From: an uncultured bacterium | GTDB taxonomy: Bacteria > Eisenbacteria > RBG-16-71-46 > CAZAMP01 | DNA length: 64,000 nt | Assembly (NCBI GenBank): GCA_964486455.1 | Contig: CAZAMP010000007.1 | Span: forward strand, 18,280-82,279 | Reading direction: 5' to 3' | Part shown: in pieces, positions 47,939 to 58,155 of the stretch | Numbering within the stretch: the first letter of the stretch is position 1 | Layout of the letters: every line of letters starts with the position of its first letter | The notes under the pieces: generated by a model | Database searches by the model: none | Told to the model about the DNA's origin: nothing | Seen by the model: only the letters and a program-made list of their open reading frames with translations | Position numbers and translations under genes: made by a program

Positions 47939-49419
47939 GGGCGTGCTCCGTTCGAATCGGCGGCGAGGGCGGCGAGCGCCTCGGTGTCCCATCCGCCCCC
48001 GAGGGATTGGATGAGTGAAACGCGGGCGAGATGCTGATCCCGCTCCGCGGCGATCAGGTCGGATTCGGCGGCGAACTGCCGGCGCCGGGCGTCGAGCATG
48101 GTGAGGATCTCCCCGACCCCCCGGGCGTAGCGCGACTCGGCGAGGTCCGCGGCCCGGCGGGCGTGCACGGCGCCGTCCTCGAGCGCGCTCCGCCGTCCCC
48201 GAAGGTGTGTTTCCGCCGTGAGCGCGGCCTCGACTTCCCGAAACGCGTTCAATACCACGGCCACGTAGCGTGCCGTCGCGGCGCGCCGGCGCGCATCCGC
48301 CGCGCGGACGGCCGCGAGCTTGGCTCCGCGGTGGAAAAGAGGTTGAACGACCGACGCGGCCAGTGTCCAGACGCTCGTCGCATCCTTCATAAGCTCACCC
48401 AGGTCATCACTTCGCCACCCGCCCTCTCCCGTGAGCGCGATGCGCGGCAAGAGATCCGCCCGGGCCACACCGACTCCGGCCGTCGCCGCCATGAGCCGAT
48501 GCTCCGCCGCGCGAACATCCGGCCGCTCTTCGAGAAGCGTCGCCGGCAACCCCGTGGAGGGACGCGGGATTTCGCGCGGCGACCATCCGGAGGTGACAAT
48601 GGCTCCCGCGGGATATCGGCCCACGAGCACTTCCAGCTCCTGACGCGTCTTCTCGAGCGCCTCCTCGACCTGCGCCTGACGCGCGCGGGCGCCGGCCAGC
48701 GCGGCCCGCGCGAGATGCATGTCGATAGGTCCGACCAGCCCACGCGAGTAACGCGATTCGACGAGAGAGACCGTTCGCTCGTGCGACGCGATCGTCTCGA
48801 CCCCCAACGCGACCTGCGCTTCGAGACTTCCCACCCGCAACCAGCCACCGACGACGCCGGCCACGAGACTGCGCGCGACGGCCCGCCGGTCTTCCTCGCT
48901 CGCCATCAAGCCGGCCAGTGCGACGCGCTGGTTGTCGCGGAGCTTGCCCCAGAGATCCAGCTCCCACGACGCCGACGCGACGAGGGCGTACTGGTCGGTC
49001 TTGAACTTCTTGTCCGAGATGGGGAATCCGGAGCCCCCGAGCCCCATCCCAGTGAGACTCCGCTCGCTTCTCGACGCGCTCGCCGTCGCATCCACGCCGG
49101 GCCAGAGCGGTGCCTTCGCCTGGGTCGCGAGCGCGCGGGCCTCGAGCACGCGCGCCACCGCCGACTCGAGCGTCGGACTGGACCAAAGCGCTTCGACGAC
49201 GAGACTGTCCAGAGCTGCGGCGTCGAACGCCGTCCACCAGGATGTAGAAGGGGCAGGAAGGGCCACCGTGGTGCTCTCGGCACGAATGAAGGTCTGCCGG
49301 TCATCACCCGGGACTACAGGCCGCTCGTGGCGAGGCGATAGGCCGCAACCGGCCGTGGCCACGAGCATCAGGGTGAGCATCAATGCATGGAAAGGTCGCC
49401 ACGATGAGAGTGTGATCAT
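47935..49419 (-). CDS. Outer-membrane efflux lipoprotein (TolC/OprM/NodT family)
   Basis: Start refined to MITLSSWRPFHALMLTLMLVATAGC (lipobox) with RBS ggggagg. Two OEP repeats. 4-nt overlap with the MFP gene. Confidence 0.8.
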   Translation of the reverse strand: MITLSSWRPFHALMLTLMLVATAGCGLSPRHERPVVPGDDRQTFIRAESTTVALPAPSTSWWTAFDAAALDSLVVEALWSSPTLESAVARVLEARALATQAKAPLWPGVDATASASRSERSLTGMGLGGSGFPISDKKFKTDQYALVASASWELDLWGKLRDNQRVALAGLMASEEDRRAVARSLVAGVVGGWLRVGSLEAQVALGVETIASHERTVSLVESRYSRGLVGPIDMHLARAALAGARARQAQVEEALEKTRQELEVLVGRYPAGAIVTSGWSPREIPRPSTGLPATLLEERPDVRAAEHRLMAATAGVGVARADLLPRIALTGEGGWRSDDLGELMKDATSVWTLAASVVQPLFHRGAKLAAVRAADARRRAATARYVAVVLNAFREVEAALTAETHLRGRRSALEDGAVHARRAADLAESRYARGVGEILTMLDARRRQFAAESDLIAAERDQHLARVSLIQSLGGGWDTEALAALAADSNGARP

Positions 49420-50108
49420 CGTGCAGCCTCCCCACCGGCAAGCCCCGGCAGCCCTCCCGCCGTGAGACGCGCGACGTGCGTCGTCACATGGTCGATGTAG
49501 GCGTCGAGTGGAAGCGTGACCCACGGCGCCGTCAGTCCGCCGTGGACCGGTTTCTCGCCGTTCTCGCGTTCGGCGATGTCGAGCTGTTGGCGCAGGTGGA
49601 CGAAGTGAAGCGCTTGCGCCACCGCGCACACGATCACGAACGAAGTCTCAGCATCGCCCAGACCGGGGCACGCCTCCGCGAGCGCGGCCTGATAGACGGC
49701 GTGAATCGGGTGCACGTGGGTTCGAAAGATCTCGCGGACGACCGGGCGTGGGTTCTGAAGCTCCGCGGCCAGAAGCAGCATGAAGTCGTATCCGCCGGGC
49801 CCCTCTGTCATCCCGCGAAGATGGGCTCCGACGAGTGCCGCGATGATCGTCTCGGCGAGCGGCGACCCGTCGGCCGCCGCGCGGACTTGATCCAGATCGC
49901 GCCGAAGCGCCGTCGTGCGAAGGCCGAGCCCGCGTTCGATCACCGCGACGTAGAGGTTTTCCTTGCCGCGAAAGTAATAGCCCACCGCGGCGAGGTTGGC
50001 GTCGGCCGAGGTCGCGATATCGCGTATGGTGGCCCTCTCGTAGCCGCGGTGGGCGAATAGATGTTCAGCCGCGTCCAGGATCCGGTCCCGCGTCTCCTGT
50101 CCCGACAC
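49416..50108 (-). CDS. TetR/AcrR family transcriptional repressor
   Basis: GTG start with RBS ggaggg; the ORF-track extension runs into the AT-rich operator. HTH RDRILDAAEHLFAHRGYERATIRDIATSADANLAAVGYYFRGKENLY. Confidence 0.75.
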   Translation of the reverse strand: MSGQETRDRILDAAEHLFAHRGYERATIRDIATSADANLAAVGYYFRGKENLYVAVIERGLGLRTTALRRDLDQVRAAADGSPLAETIIAALVGAHLRGMTEGPGGYDFMLLLAAELQNPRPVVREIFRTHVHPIHAVYQAALAEACPGLGDAETSFVIVCAVAQALHFVHLRQQLDIAERENGEKPVHGGLTAPWVTLPLDAYIDHVTTHVARLTAGGLPGLAGGEAAR

Positions 50109-50136
50109 GTGCCCTCCGGAGAACCTTGCCGTTCTC

Positions 50137-50200
50137 TTGTTTGAAACAATCGTATGACTTATGCAGTCATATGAATAATACAATCGCAAGTTTCAAACAA
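50137..50200. promoter_or_regulatory. AT-rich promoter/operator island upstream of the tetR-efflux operon: nested inverted repeats
   Basis: TTGTTTGAAAC (50137-50147) and its perfect complement GTTTCAAACAA (50190-50200) flank a 17-bp palindrome ATGACTtatgcAGTCAT (50154-50170). TATTAT / TTGAAA promoter-like hexamers lie on the minus strand. Local GC is far below the window average. Confidence 0.45.
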
Positions 50201-50355
50201 GTGATTATTTCCGTTGGTTGTGGTCCGAGGAATGTGTCCGAGTAGATCGAACTCATTGCGAGCGAAGGCATTGGGGGGCAAGAAACGGTAAATGCTTCAA
50301 CTATAAATGATTGCGGAAGTTGCGGCGACCAGACACAGTCTTCAGACCACAGCGG

Positions 50356-51420
50356 TCACGCGGCTTTGCGGGATGCCGATTCGAGCATACTGTCGAAGAA
50401 CCGCTGCATGCGCATCTCGACGATATCCCCGGGCGCCGGCAACGCGATGATCTCCCGGATGGAGAGCGCGCTCAGGTCGAGGATGTGCTCCTTCTCCGGT
50501 GACTCGATGATGTAGAGCACCGGCAGATCCTTGCCCTTCGGATGGCGTCGCAGCCGCTTCAGCGTGGCGATGTTGATCGAGGCTTCTTTCGAGGGTTGGC
50601 CGTCGCCCCGGCAGCCGATCACCGCGAAGGCGACGTTGTGGTTCACCATGTCGCCCAGGACGTTTCGGATGTCCTCCACGACGACGAGCTTCACATTGCG
50701 TTCACATGCCAGACCGCGGGCCGCGGCCTCTTGCTCCGGATTGAACGCGACGCCGAGGACGGTCAGTGACGGATCACCGCCCATGACGGCCGGCGAAGGG
50801 CCGGGCGCCTCGCCCCCGGCTTCATTCAGATCCAGACCGGTGACATCGTGCACAAACGATTGTGACATAACGAGATATGTCGTCTCCTGGGTTCCGTCAG
50901 CCAGGCTGCAGTCCATCGTGAAGCAGACCAAATCGGTCTCCGGAAAGACCGCCGAAGGATCCCATTCGGCTGTCATTCCGAGGGTCCCGTAGCTCGCCTG
51001 GAGCGAATGGAGAGAGCTTTCGGTGAGCGCGACGGTCAGCCCGGAGGCAATATGCGCTCCGAATCCGCCCAGCGCCTCTTCCTCCTCCACATCCAACCTG
51101 TCCGAGTTCAGCCGCTCGGCGGCCTCGCTATCCGAGAGCCCCCGCGCTACCGAGGCGATGGCAATGCCGGCCTTGATCGGGCACACGAACACGACGTTTC
51201 CGTCCACGTCCCCCCGGACCTCCACGAGGATGTAGGCGGCACCCGATTCCCTGAGGAGTTCGTCCTGGTCACGATCCAGGTGAAAACCCTGGAAGCCCGT
51301 CAGCTCCAGTCCCTGCCCATCGCCGCCGGCAAGCTGTTTGCGGGCGGAATCCATGGCTGTCTGGATGATCGGGGCCAGCTTGGCGTTGTCACCGTCTCTC
51401 AGACGTTTGGCGTTGTCCAT
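50356..51420 (-). CDS. Hypothetical protein with CheC/CheX-like and receiver-like segments
   Basis: The N-terminal part resembles CheC/CheX phosphatase folds (AAYILVEVRGDVDGNVVFVCPIKAGIAIASVARG). The C-terminal part is receiver-like (KLVVVEDIRNVLGDMV...DLPVLYIIESPEKEH). Weak, pattern-level only. Confidence 0.35.
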   Translation of the reverse strand: MDNAKRLRDGDNAKLAPIIQTAMDSARKQLAGGDGQGLELTGFQGFHLDRDQDELLRESGAAYILVEVRGDVDGNVVFVCPIKAGIAIASVARGLSDSEAAERLNSDRLDVEEEEALGGFGAHIASGLTVALTESSLHSLQASYGTLGMTAEWDPSAVFPETDLVCFTMDCSLADGTQETTYLVMSQSFVHDVTGLDLNEAGGEAPGPSPAVMGGDPSLTVLGVAFNPEQEAAARGLACERNVKLVVVEDIRNVLGDMVNHNVAFAVIGCRGDGQPSKEASINIATLKRLRRHPKGKDLPVLYIIESPEKEHILDLSALSIREIIALPAPGDIVEMRMQRFFDSMLESASRKAA

Positions 51421-51661
51421 CTGGTCGTCCGGAACCTCTCACGGTAGGGTGGGTACCCCGTAGGTGCCCAATGCGGATCTTCCGATCCGGCCTCACAGGT
51501 AAATAATCGGACGAAGACGTCGAGCCTTGAGGTTATTGGGACCTTTCGGTCGGAGTCTCCGAGCGTGGTGGACGGATCGCCCCCGCCCGCCTAAAATAGA
51601 CGGCCGTCTATCAACTAGAACGATTTGCCGACGCCTGTCTGGACAGAGGAGGCTGGATTTC

Positions 51662-53662
51662 ATGACGCGAGAGATGCTCCGCCGGCTGGCTCGCGGGTTC
51701 TTCATCAGCACAATCGCCGGGGCGGCATTCTTGGCCGCCGGTTTGCCCGGCGGTCCCGTGCCGGCCCTCGCATCCGGCGACGACGCCGCAGGTTGGCCCG
51801 ATGCCGGCGGGCAGGCGCTCGATCCGGTCAGCATATCCGCAACGGTCGACCGCAGTGACGTACCGAGCGGTGGGTCTCTCGAGCTGACGATCACGATCGA
51901 GATGGAGCACGGGTGGCACATCAATTCGAACGCGCCACTCGAAGACTGGCTCATCCCGACGGAGTTGGTGGTCGACGCGCCCGATTCGTTCTCGCTGACC
52001 GCAGTCACGTATCCGGACCCGGAGATGATGCGCTTCGAATTCTCAGACCAGGACGTCGCCGTCTACGAGGGACGAGCGGTCGTCTCGGCCGAGGTTCGAC
52101 TCGGCGCGGGGTTGGCGGAAGGTCCCGTGGCGCTCTCCGGCGCCCTGCTCTATCAAGCGTGCAACGATCAGACATGCCTTCCCCCCAACGAGAAGACGTT
52201 CAACTTCGCGCTGACGGCGTTGGCGGCGTCCGGCGCGCTACAGGCGACGGGCACCCCGATGGCGGCGACTGACGCGGAGGACAAGAGCGTCACCGCCAGG
52301 CTCTCGTCATCACTCGCCGACAACTTCGGCAACCCGTTCATCGCCATCATCCTCACGCTTCTAGCGGGTCTGCTTTCGGCCGCCACGCCGTGTGTCTACC
52401 CGATGATCCCCATCACGGCCCGGATTCTGATGGGACGCGGGGGCGATAGTCCGGCGCTCGGCCGGGCTCACGCCTTCATGTATTTCCTGGGCATCATTCT
52501 CGTGTACATGATCCTCGGCACGATCGCCTCGATCACAGGCGGTGGGTTCAACGAGGTGATGCGCATCCCGGTCGTGATTCTCGCGATCGCGATCATCTTC
52601 GCGCTTCTCGGCCTCAGCATGCTGGGTCTCTTCGAGATTCAGATTCCCGAATCCATCGCGTCGCGTGTAGACAGCGGTACGTCGAAACGTTCCGGCCTCT
52701 TCGGCACGGTGCTAATGGGGGCGGGCGCGGGACTTATCGTGTCGCCATGCGTCGGACCGGTCGTGATCTTCATCCTGACACAGATCGCAGCATCCATGGC
52801 GGCGGCGGAAGCGGCGGGCGGCGGGCTCTCATCGTCGGCAAAGGTCGTCTACGGTTCGTTCCTGATGGCCGGCTTCGGCGCCGGGCTCGGCGTGCCGTTT
52901 CTCATCGTCGGCCTCTTCTCGACGAAGCTTGCCAAACCGGGACCGTGGATGACGGCCGTGCGCGTCGCGCTGGGGCTCGTGATCCTCTACTTCTCGTACG
53001 ACTACTTCCACAAGTCGCTCGCGACAGCCGGTGTAGAGCGCGCGTTCGCGAACGCGATCGTGATCGGCGCGGTGCTCGTCTTCCTCTCGGTGCTCTGGGG
53101 AGTCTTTCGGACGAAGATCGAGCCGGGGCCCCACGCGGGATGGCACAAGGTCAAACACGCCTGCACGATCATCATGTTGGTCACCGGGATTTTCTTTCTC
53201 TGGACGGGTCTCAGCCGATCCGGTGTCATCCCCGGCGGGACGTCCGGTGTAACGTTGACGGCCGCGCCGGCCGGAGTAGCGGAGGACGTGGAGGATTCGC
53301 ACGGGCTTCTCTGGCAACGCGACTTCGCCAAGGCGCAGGAGATGGCCCGAGGCCGCTCGCTTCCGATCTTCGTCGACTTCTACGCGCACTGGTGCGCGAA
53401 CTGCAAAGTTTTCTCGCACCAGGCGGCCGAGGAAGGCCCCCTTCGGGACGCACTGGAGAGCGTGGTGCGGGCGAAGATCTATGACACGGATGACGTCTTC
53501 AAGACGTTTCAGAACGATCCGCGCTACCCGGAGCTCAAGCGGGGTCTGCCGTTCTTTCTGATCCTCTCGTCAGATGGAGAGCCGCTCTGGAAGGGCACCG
53601 ACTACAAAACCCACGACGTGATGATCAGCCAGATTTCGCGCGCAATCGAGGCCGAGACGTAG
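51662..53662 (+). CDS. dsbD: Thiol:disulfide interchange protein DsbD (DsbD-alpha + CcdA-like TM core + thioredoxin-like domain)
   Basis: RBS gaggagg. Signal peptide. N-domain with LYQACNDQTC. TM core with AATPCVYPMIPI. C-terminal thioredoxin fold FYAHWCANCKVF. Confidence 0.8.
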   Translation: MTREMLRRLARGFFISTIAGAAFLAAGLPGGPVPALASGDDAAGWPDAGGQALDPVSISATVDRSDVPSGGSLELTITIEMEHGWHINSNAPLEDWLIPTELVVDAPDSFSLTAVTYPDPEMMRFEFSDQDVAVYEGRAVVSAEVRLGAGLAEGPVALSGALLYQACNDQTCLPPNEKTFNFALTALAASGALQATGTPMAATDAEDKSVTARLSSSLADNFGNPFIAIILTLLAGLLSAATPCVYPMIPITARILMGRGGDSPALGRAHAFMYFLGIILVYMILGTIASITGGGFNEVMRIPVVILAIAIIFALLGLSMLGLFEIQIPESIASRVDSGTSKRSGLFGTVLMGAGAGLIVSPCVGPVVIFILTQIAASMAAAEAAGGGLSSSAKVVYGSFLMAGFGAGLGVPFLIVGLFSTKLAKPGPWMTAVRVALGLVILYFSYDYFHKSLATAGVERAFANAIVIGAVLVFLSVLWGVFRTKIEPGPHAGWHKVKHACTIIMLVTGIFFLWTGLSRSGVIPGGTSGVTLTAAPAGVAEDVEDSHGLLWQRDFAKAQEMARGRSLPIFVDFYAHWCANCKVFSHQAAEEGPLRDALESVVRAKIYDTDDVFKTFQNDPRYPELKRGLPFFLILSSDGEPLWKGTDYKTHDVMISQISRAIEAET

Positions 53663-53825
53663 CCCGGAAGCGCATTGCACCATATCATCCATCGGTGGCC
53701 GGCCGATTTGCGCCACTCCGCACCTCAATAGGGCAGCTTCCGCCTGTTTCTGTTAGAATCTAGCAAGACCCGGCTGAAGACTCTCCCCCATCTCGGCTGA
53801 AGGCTCAGAGCAGGAGTACGCACCC

Positions 53826-56800
53826 ATGAGAACTCCGTCATCGTCTGCTTCCTATCGCGTCCTGCTACCGCTCTTTTCGTGTCTCCTGATCGTCCTGGCG
53901 ACTCCGACCGCGGGCTACGAGCTGCGACTCAACTGCGGAGGCGGCGCGTATACGACGGTTGGCGGTAAGCACTACCAAGCCGATCAGGCCTACGTACCGG
54001 GCTCAGGCGGCTACACGACATTCGGCTTCGCGGACGACACCTGGCAAACGGTCGGCGGCACGCCGGACGTCCCCCTCATCGAAACGCTCCGCGGAAACTG
54101 TGCCTACCGCTTCGATGTACCGGACGGTCCGTATCTCGTCACGCTTCACATCTGTGACTTCTGGAGTCACGGCCCCCGTCAGAACCAGTATGACGTTCTC
54201 TTCGACGGCGTCGAGGTCATCAGCGATCTGGACTGCTTCGAACGGGCGGGAAAGAACTTCGCGCAGATCTTTCGCTTCAACGTCGACGTGACCGACGGTG
54301 ACATCGACATCACGTTCCACATCGACCAGCGCCATACCTACATCGGTGCCATCTCCGTCGAGTCGCGCACACCCGACGGCGACGCGCCCGCCCCGCCGAC
54401 GGGGGCGGTCGCGTACGGCAGCTATGAAAAGAACTCCGTGAGCTGGGACGACCACGACGAAGACGACGTCGCCGGATACAACATCTATCGCAAGGTTGAG
54501 CCGAGCGGACCGTGGATAACCATGACAGACGAACCCGTTCAGGTTTCCTTCTACCACGACCCCTGGGGCATCCCGGGCTTCGAGTACCGCTACGGCATTC
54601 GCGCCGTCGACGCGTACGGCAACGAAGGAGACATGACCGAGACGAACTCGGTGATCACGCTGGCTATCACCGAGTCGACGCTCCCGCTGTACGAAATCTT
54701 CATGAACCTCAACGACTTCGACGAGCTGAATTCCGACCAGGGCGTCACCGGCGACGACTACTTCCCGGCCACGTTCGTTCACGACACGCAGGTGTTTCAG
54801 AACATCGGCGTGCGCTATCGCGGCAACGTGATCCGCAAGCTGCCAAAGAAGTCGTGGAAGGTCCGCTTCAACGAGAATGAGCTGTTCGACGGCGCAGAGC
54901 GAATCAACCTGAACAGCGAGTGGCCCGATCCGACGCTCCTGCGCGAGATGCTCGCGTACAACGTCTACGACGCCACGCGCGTTCCGTACTCCTGGAACCG
55001 ATACATCAACCTGATGGTGAACGGTGACTACTTCGGCCTTCACAACAACATCCAGCAGGTCGACCAGGTGTTCCTCATCGATAATGACCTCGATCCGGAC
55101 GGAAACCTCTACAAGTGCTTCTCGAATCTGAGCGTGCTGCCGAATCCCGAAGACTACATAGAAGCGTACGAGAAGAAGACGAACGAGGGAGAGGGCCACG
55201 ACGACATCATCGCGTTCATCGAGCTGCTGAATTCCGTAAACGCCGCTACGTTCTACTCGACATTCGCTCCCATCCTGGACATCGAGGAGGCGATCGAGTG
55301 GTATAGCGTGAACGTCTTGCTCAGCAACTGGGACTTCACCATGAAGAACTACTACATGTACCACGATCTCGCCGATGACTACTGGACGATACTCCCGTGG
55401 GATATGGACTTCAGCTTCGGAAAGCATAACATCCTCGACAATCAATTCGATCCCGACGGATCGTTGATAATCGGATCGGGGCACAGGCTCGCGTTTCGCA
55501 TCATCTCGACGCCGGCGCTCCGGAGAAAGCACGCCGAGAACCTCATCCGCTTCGCGCGCGGGCGTTTCTCTTCCGAAACCATGGATCCCAAGATCGATGA
55601 AGGTCACGCGGCCCTCTACGGCGACGCGTTGATGGACATGATCAAGAACGGTTGGGACGACAACAGTATGTTCCTCGACGGTCCGGACGGACTGAAGGGT
55701 TACGTGACCGGCCGATGCGCGTACATCGAGGCGATCGCGCCGTCGCTCATCAACGACGACGGGCTCGTGATCAACGAGTTCATGGCGCGAAACGCTTCGA
55801 CCATCATGGACGAATCATCCGAGTACGAAGATTGGATCGAGATCTACAACGGATCCCCCGACACCCTCGATTTGACAGGGATGTTCCTGACCGACGATCC
55901 GCTCGATTCGATGAAGTGGGAGATCCCGGCGCTGGAGCTTCTACCGGCGGGCTACGCGCTCTTCTGGGCGGACACCGACACGCTTCAGGGTCCGCATCAC
56001 ACGAACTTCAAGCTGGCCGGCGGCGGCGAATGGGTGGGTTTGTTTGCGTCGGTCGCTGACGGAAACGTGCCGATAGACTTCACGCGCTTTGGAGCACAGC
56101 AGTACGACGTCTCCATCGGTCGTACTCCCGACGGCGACCTCTACTGGACCGCGTACGGAAACCCCTCCCCCGGAGGGCCGGCGGGCGGCGGGCCGAATCT
56201 TCCTCCGGCGATCACGGGCACGACGCACGTGCCGACCTGGCCCGGAGAAGAGGACTCCGTACTCGTGACGGCCACGATCAACGATGATGATGGACTGGTC
56301 GAAACGCTTCTCTTCTACGACGCGGGCGCCGGCGCCGACAGCCTGATCATGTTCGATGACGGACTACACGGTGACGGCGGGGCCGACGACGATGTCTATG
56401 GCGCCACGATCGAGCCGCTCCCGGATGGAACCAGCGTGGACTACTGGATCCGGGCGACCGACGGATTGTCCGTTACCGCGACCGATCCACCGGGGGCGCC
56501 GGATTCCACACACTTCTACCAGGTCGCGTACGTATTGCCGCAATTGTCCATCAACGAGTTTCTCGCCGACAACGAAACCGTTAACCAGGACGAAGCGGGC
56601 GAGTACGACGACTGGGTCGAGATCTACAACGGCGGCGCGGGCACGGTGAACCTGGGCGGAATGTATCTGACGGACGACCTGGCCGATTCCACGCAATGGA
56701 CTTTCCCCGACACCACGCTGGGGCCGGGCGGTTTCTTGCTGGTCTGGTGCGACAACGACCTGGGACAGGGACCACTACACGCCAACTTCAAGCTCGGCGC

Positions 56801-58064
56801 GAGCGGAGAAGAGATCGGCTTGTACGATCGCGCGGTGTACGGTGGTGGTCGAATCGACACGATCGTCTTCGGGCAGCAGCTCGCGGACATTTCATACGGA
56901 CGCTATCCGGACGGCGCGGACACGCTCCAGTTCTTTCCCATCCCGACGCCCGGATCATCGAACGCGCCCGGGAACTTGCCTCCGCATATCAGCGATACGT
57001 GGATCACTCCCAACCCACCACCACCGAATTACTCCGTGCTGCTTACGACCGAGATCATCGATGACTCGGCGCTGTTGCAGACGCTCGTCTATCATGCCGT
57101 CGACGACGGCTCACCCGACTGGTCATCGAGCATTCTCTATGACGACGGAAGCCATGGTGACGGTCTTCCCGGCGACAACGTCTACGGGACCGCGCTGCCG
57201 CCGAACCCCGACAGCACCGTCGTGCTGTTCTACGTCTTCGCGGAAGATGAGCTGAACGTCACATCGACCGATCCGCCAGACGGGGCCGCGGATCCCTATC
57301 GCTATCTCGTGGGGTACGATCCGCCCGCGATCTCGCTGAACGAGATTCTGGCCGACAATCGGACGACGAATCAGGATGAGGCTCTCGAGTTCGACGACTG
57401 GGCAGAGCTGTTCAACGCGTCGAGCGACACCGTTCAGCTCGGCGGGATGTATCTCACGGACAACTTCGCGAATCCGCGCCTGTGGACTCTGCCCGACACG
57501 TCGATCGCGCCCGGCGAGTTCCTGTTGATCTGGACGGACAACGATCCAGAGCAAGGCGCGCTTCACACGAACTTCGGGCTCAGTGCGCTTGGTGAGGAGA
57601 TCGGGCTGTACGATACGAGCGACTACTTCTTCGCGGTGATCGACACGTTCTCGTTCGGACCCCAGATGCCGGACACGTCGTACGGCCGCTATCCGGACGG
57701 ATCGGAGAACCTCGTCTTCATGGATACGCCGACGCCCGGCGGATCGAACATGGTGATCGCCGTCGTCGAGTCGCCGTTCATGGCGCCGGTCTTCGCCATG
57801 GCGCCGACCTTCCCGAATCCGTTCACGACGATCGCGAAGATTCGCTACTCGCTGGACGGAACGGGACCGATCAGACTTCGCGTCTATGACGTACGCGGCC
57901 GGCTCGTCCGCACGCTCGTAGACGGCCCCGGCACTTCCGGGCACCACCGGATCGTGTGGAATGGTCTGGACGACCAGGGGCTTCGTTCCGCGCCGGGCGT
58001 CTACTTCGTCGAGCTACGCTCGGACGGCCGGCAGCTCGCGAAGAAGCTCGTGCGACTTCGGTAA
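53826..58064 (+). CDS. Giant secreted protein: malectin-like + FN3 + CotH kinase-like domain + three lamin-tail (LTD) domains + T9SS-type sorting domain
   Basis: Signal peptide. Malectin-like LRLNCGGGAYTTVGGKHYQADQAY. CotH block INLNSEWPDPTLLREMLAYNVYDATRVPYSWNRYINLMVNGDYFGLH. Three LTD repeats (INEFMARNAS...EDWIEIYNG, INEFLADNETVNQDEAGEYDDWVEIYNG, LNEILADNRTTNQDEALEFDDWAELFNA). C-terminus IRLRVYDVRGRLVRTL...IVWNGLDDQGLRSAPGVYFVEL. Confidence 0.7.
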   Translation: MRTPSSSASYRVLLPLFSCLLIVLATPTAGYELRLNCGGGAYTTVGGKHYQADQAYVPGSGGYTTFGFADDTWQTVGGTPDVPLIETLRGNCAYRFDVPDGPYLVTLHICDFWSHGPRQNQYDVLFDGVEVISDLDCFERAGKNFAQIFRFNVDVTDGDIDITFHIDQRHTYIGAISVESRTPDGDAPAPPTGAVAYGSYEKNSVSWDDHDEDDVAGYNIYRKVEPSGPWITMTDEPVQVSFYHDPWGIPGFEYRYGIRAVDAYGNEGDMTETNSVITLAITESTLPLYEIFMNLNDFDELNSDQGVTGDDYFPATFVHDTQVFQNIGVRYRGNVIRKLPKKSWKVRFNENELFDGAERINLNSEWPDPTLLREMLAYNVYDATRVPYSWNRYINLMVNGDYFGLHNNIQQVDQVFLIDNDLDPDGNLYKCFSNLSVLPNPEDYIEAYEKKTNEGEGHDDIIAFIELLNSVNAATFYSTFAPILDIEEAIEWYSVNVLLSNWDFTMKNYYMYHDLADDYWTILPWDMDFSFGKHNILDNQFDPDGSLIIGSGHRLAFRIISTPALRRKHAENLIRFARGRFSSETMDPKIDEGHAALYGDALMDMIKNGWDDNSMFLDGPDGLKGYVTGRCAYIEAIAPSLINDDGLVINEFMARNASTIMDESSEYEDWIEIYNGSPDTLDLTGMFLTDDPLDSMKWEIPALELLPAGYALFWADTDTLQGPHHTNFKLAGGGEWVGLFASVADGNVPIDFTRFGAQQYDVSIGRTPDGDLYWTAYGNPSPGGPAGGGPNLPPAITGTTHVPTWPGEEDSVLVTATINDDDGLVETLLFYDAGAGADSLIMFDDGLHGDGGADDDVYGATIEPLPDGTSVDYWIRATDGLSVTATDPPGAPDSTHFYQVAYVLPQLSINEFLADNETVNQDEAGEYDDWVEIYNGGAGTVNLGGMYLTDDLADSTQWTFPDTTLGPGGFLLVWCDNDLGQGPLHANFKLGASGEEIGLYDRAVYGGGRIDTIVFGQQLADISYGRYPDGADTLQFFPIPTPGSSNAPGNLPPHISDTWITPNPPPPNYSVLLTTEIIDDSALLQTLVYHAVDDGSPDWSSSILYDDGSHGDGLPGDNVYGTALPPNPDSTVVLFYVFAEDELNVTSTDPPDGAADPYRYLVGYDPPAISLNEILADNRTTNQDEALEFDDWAELFNASSDTVQLGGMYLTDNFANPRLWTLPDTSIAPGEFLLIWTDNDPEQGALHTNFGLSALGEEIGLYDTSDYFFAVIDTFSFGPQMPDTSYGRYPDGSENLVFMDTPTPGGSNMVIAVVESPFMAPVFAMAPTFPNPFTTIAKIRYSLDGTGPIRLRVYDVRGRLVRTLVDGPGTSGHHRIVWNGLDDQGLRSAPGVYFVELRSDGRQLAKKLVRLR

Positions 58065-58097
58065 GACGTCAACGAAAGACATCCTCTGGCAAGAAAA

Positions 58098-58128
58098 GAG
58101 CGGGGCATCCCGGTGTGGGATACCCCGC
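58098..58128. terminator. Bidirectional intrinsic terminator hairpin between convergent genes
   Basis: AGCGGGG-cAUCCC-ggugu-GGGAU-a-CCCCGCU: 7-bp outer and 5-bp inner stem. Flanked by gaaaag (5') and ttcttc (3'). Confidence 0.5.
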
Positions 58129-58155
58129 TTCTTCACGCTAGGCTTTCGCGTTTCG

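Noticed and set aside
48031-49341. 436-aa plus-strand ORF opposite the OMF gene (and the similar 26658-27725 opposite the OMP gene)
   Set aside because: Arg/Gly-rich low-complexity translations opposite well-supported efflux/OMP genes.
54003-55607. 534-aa ORF antisense to the CotH protein gene
   Set aside because: Shadow ORF inside a gene with strong domain evidence on the plus strand.
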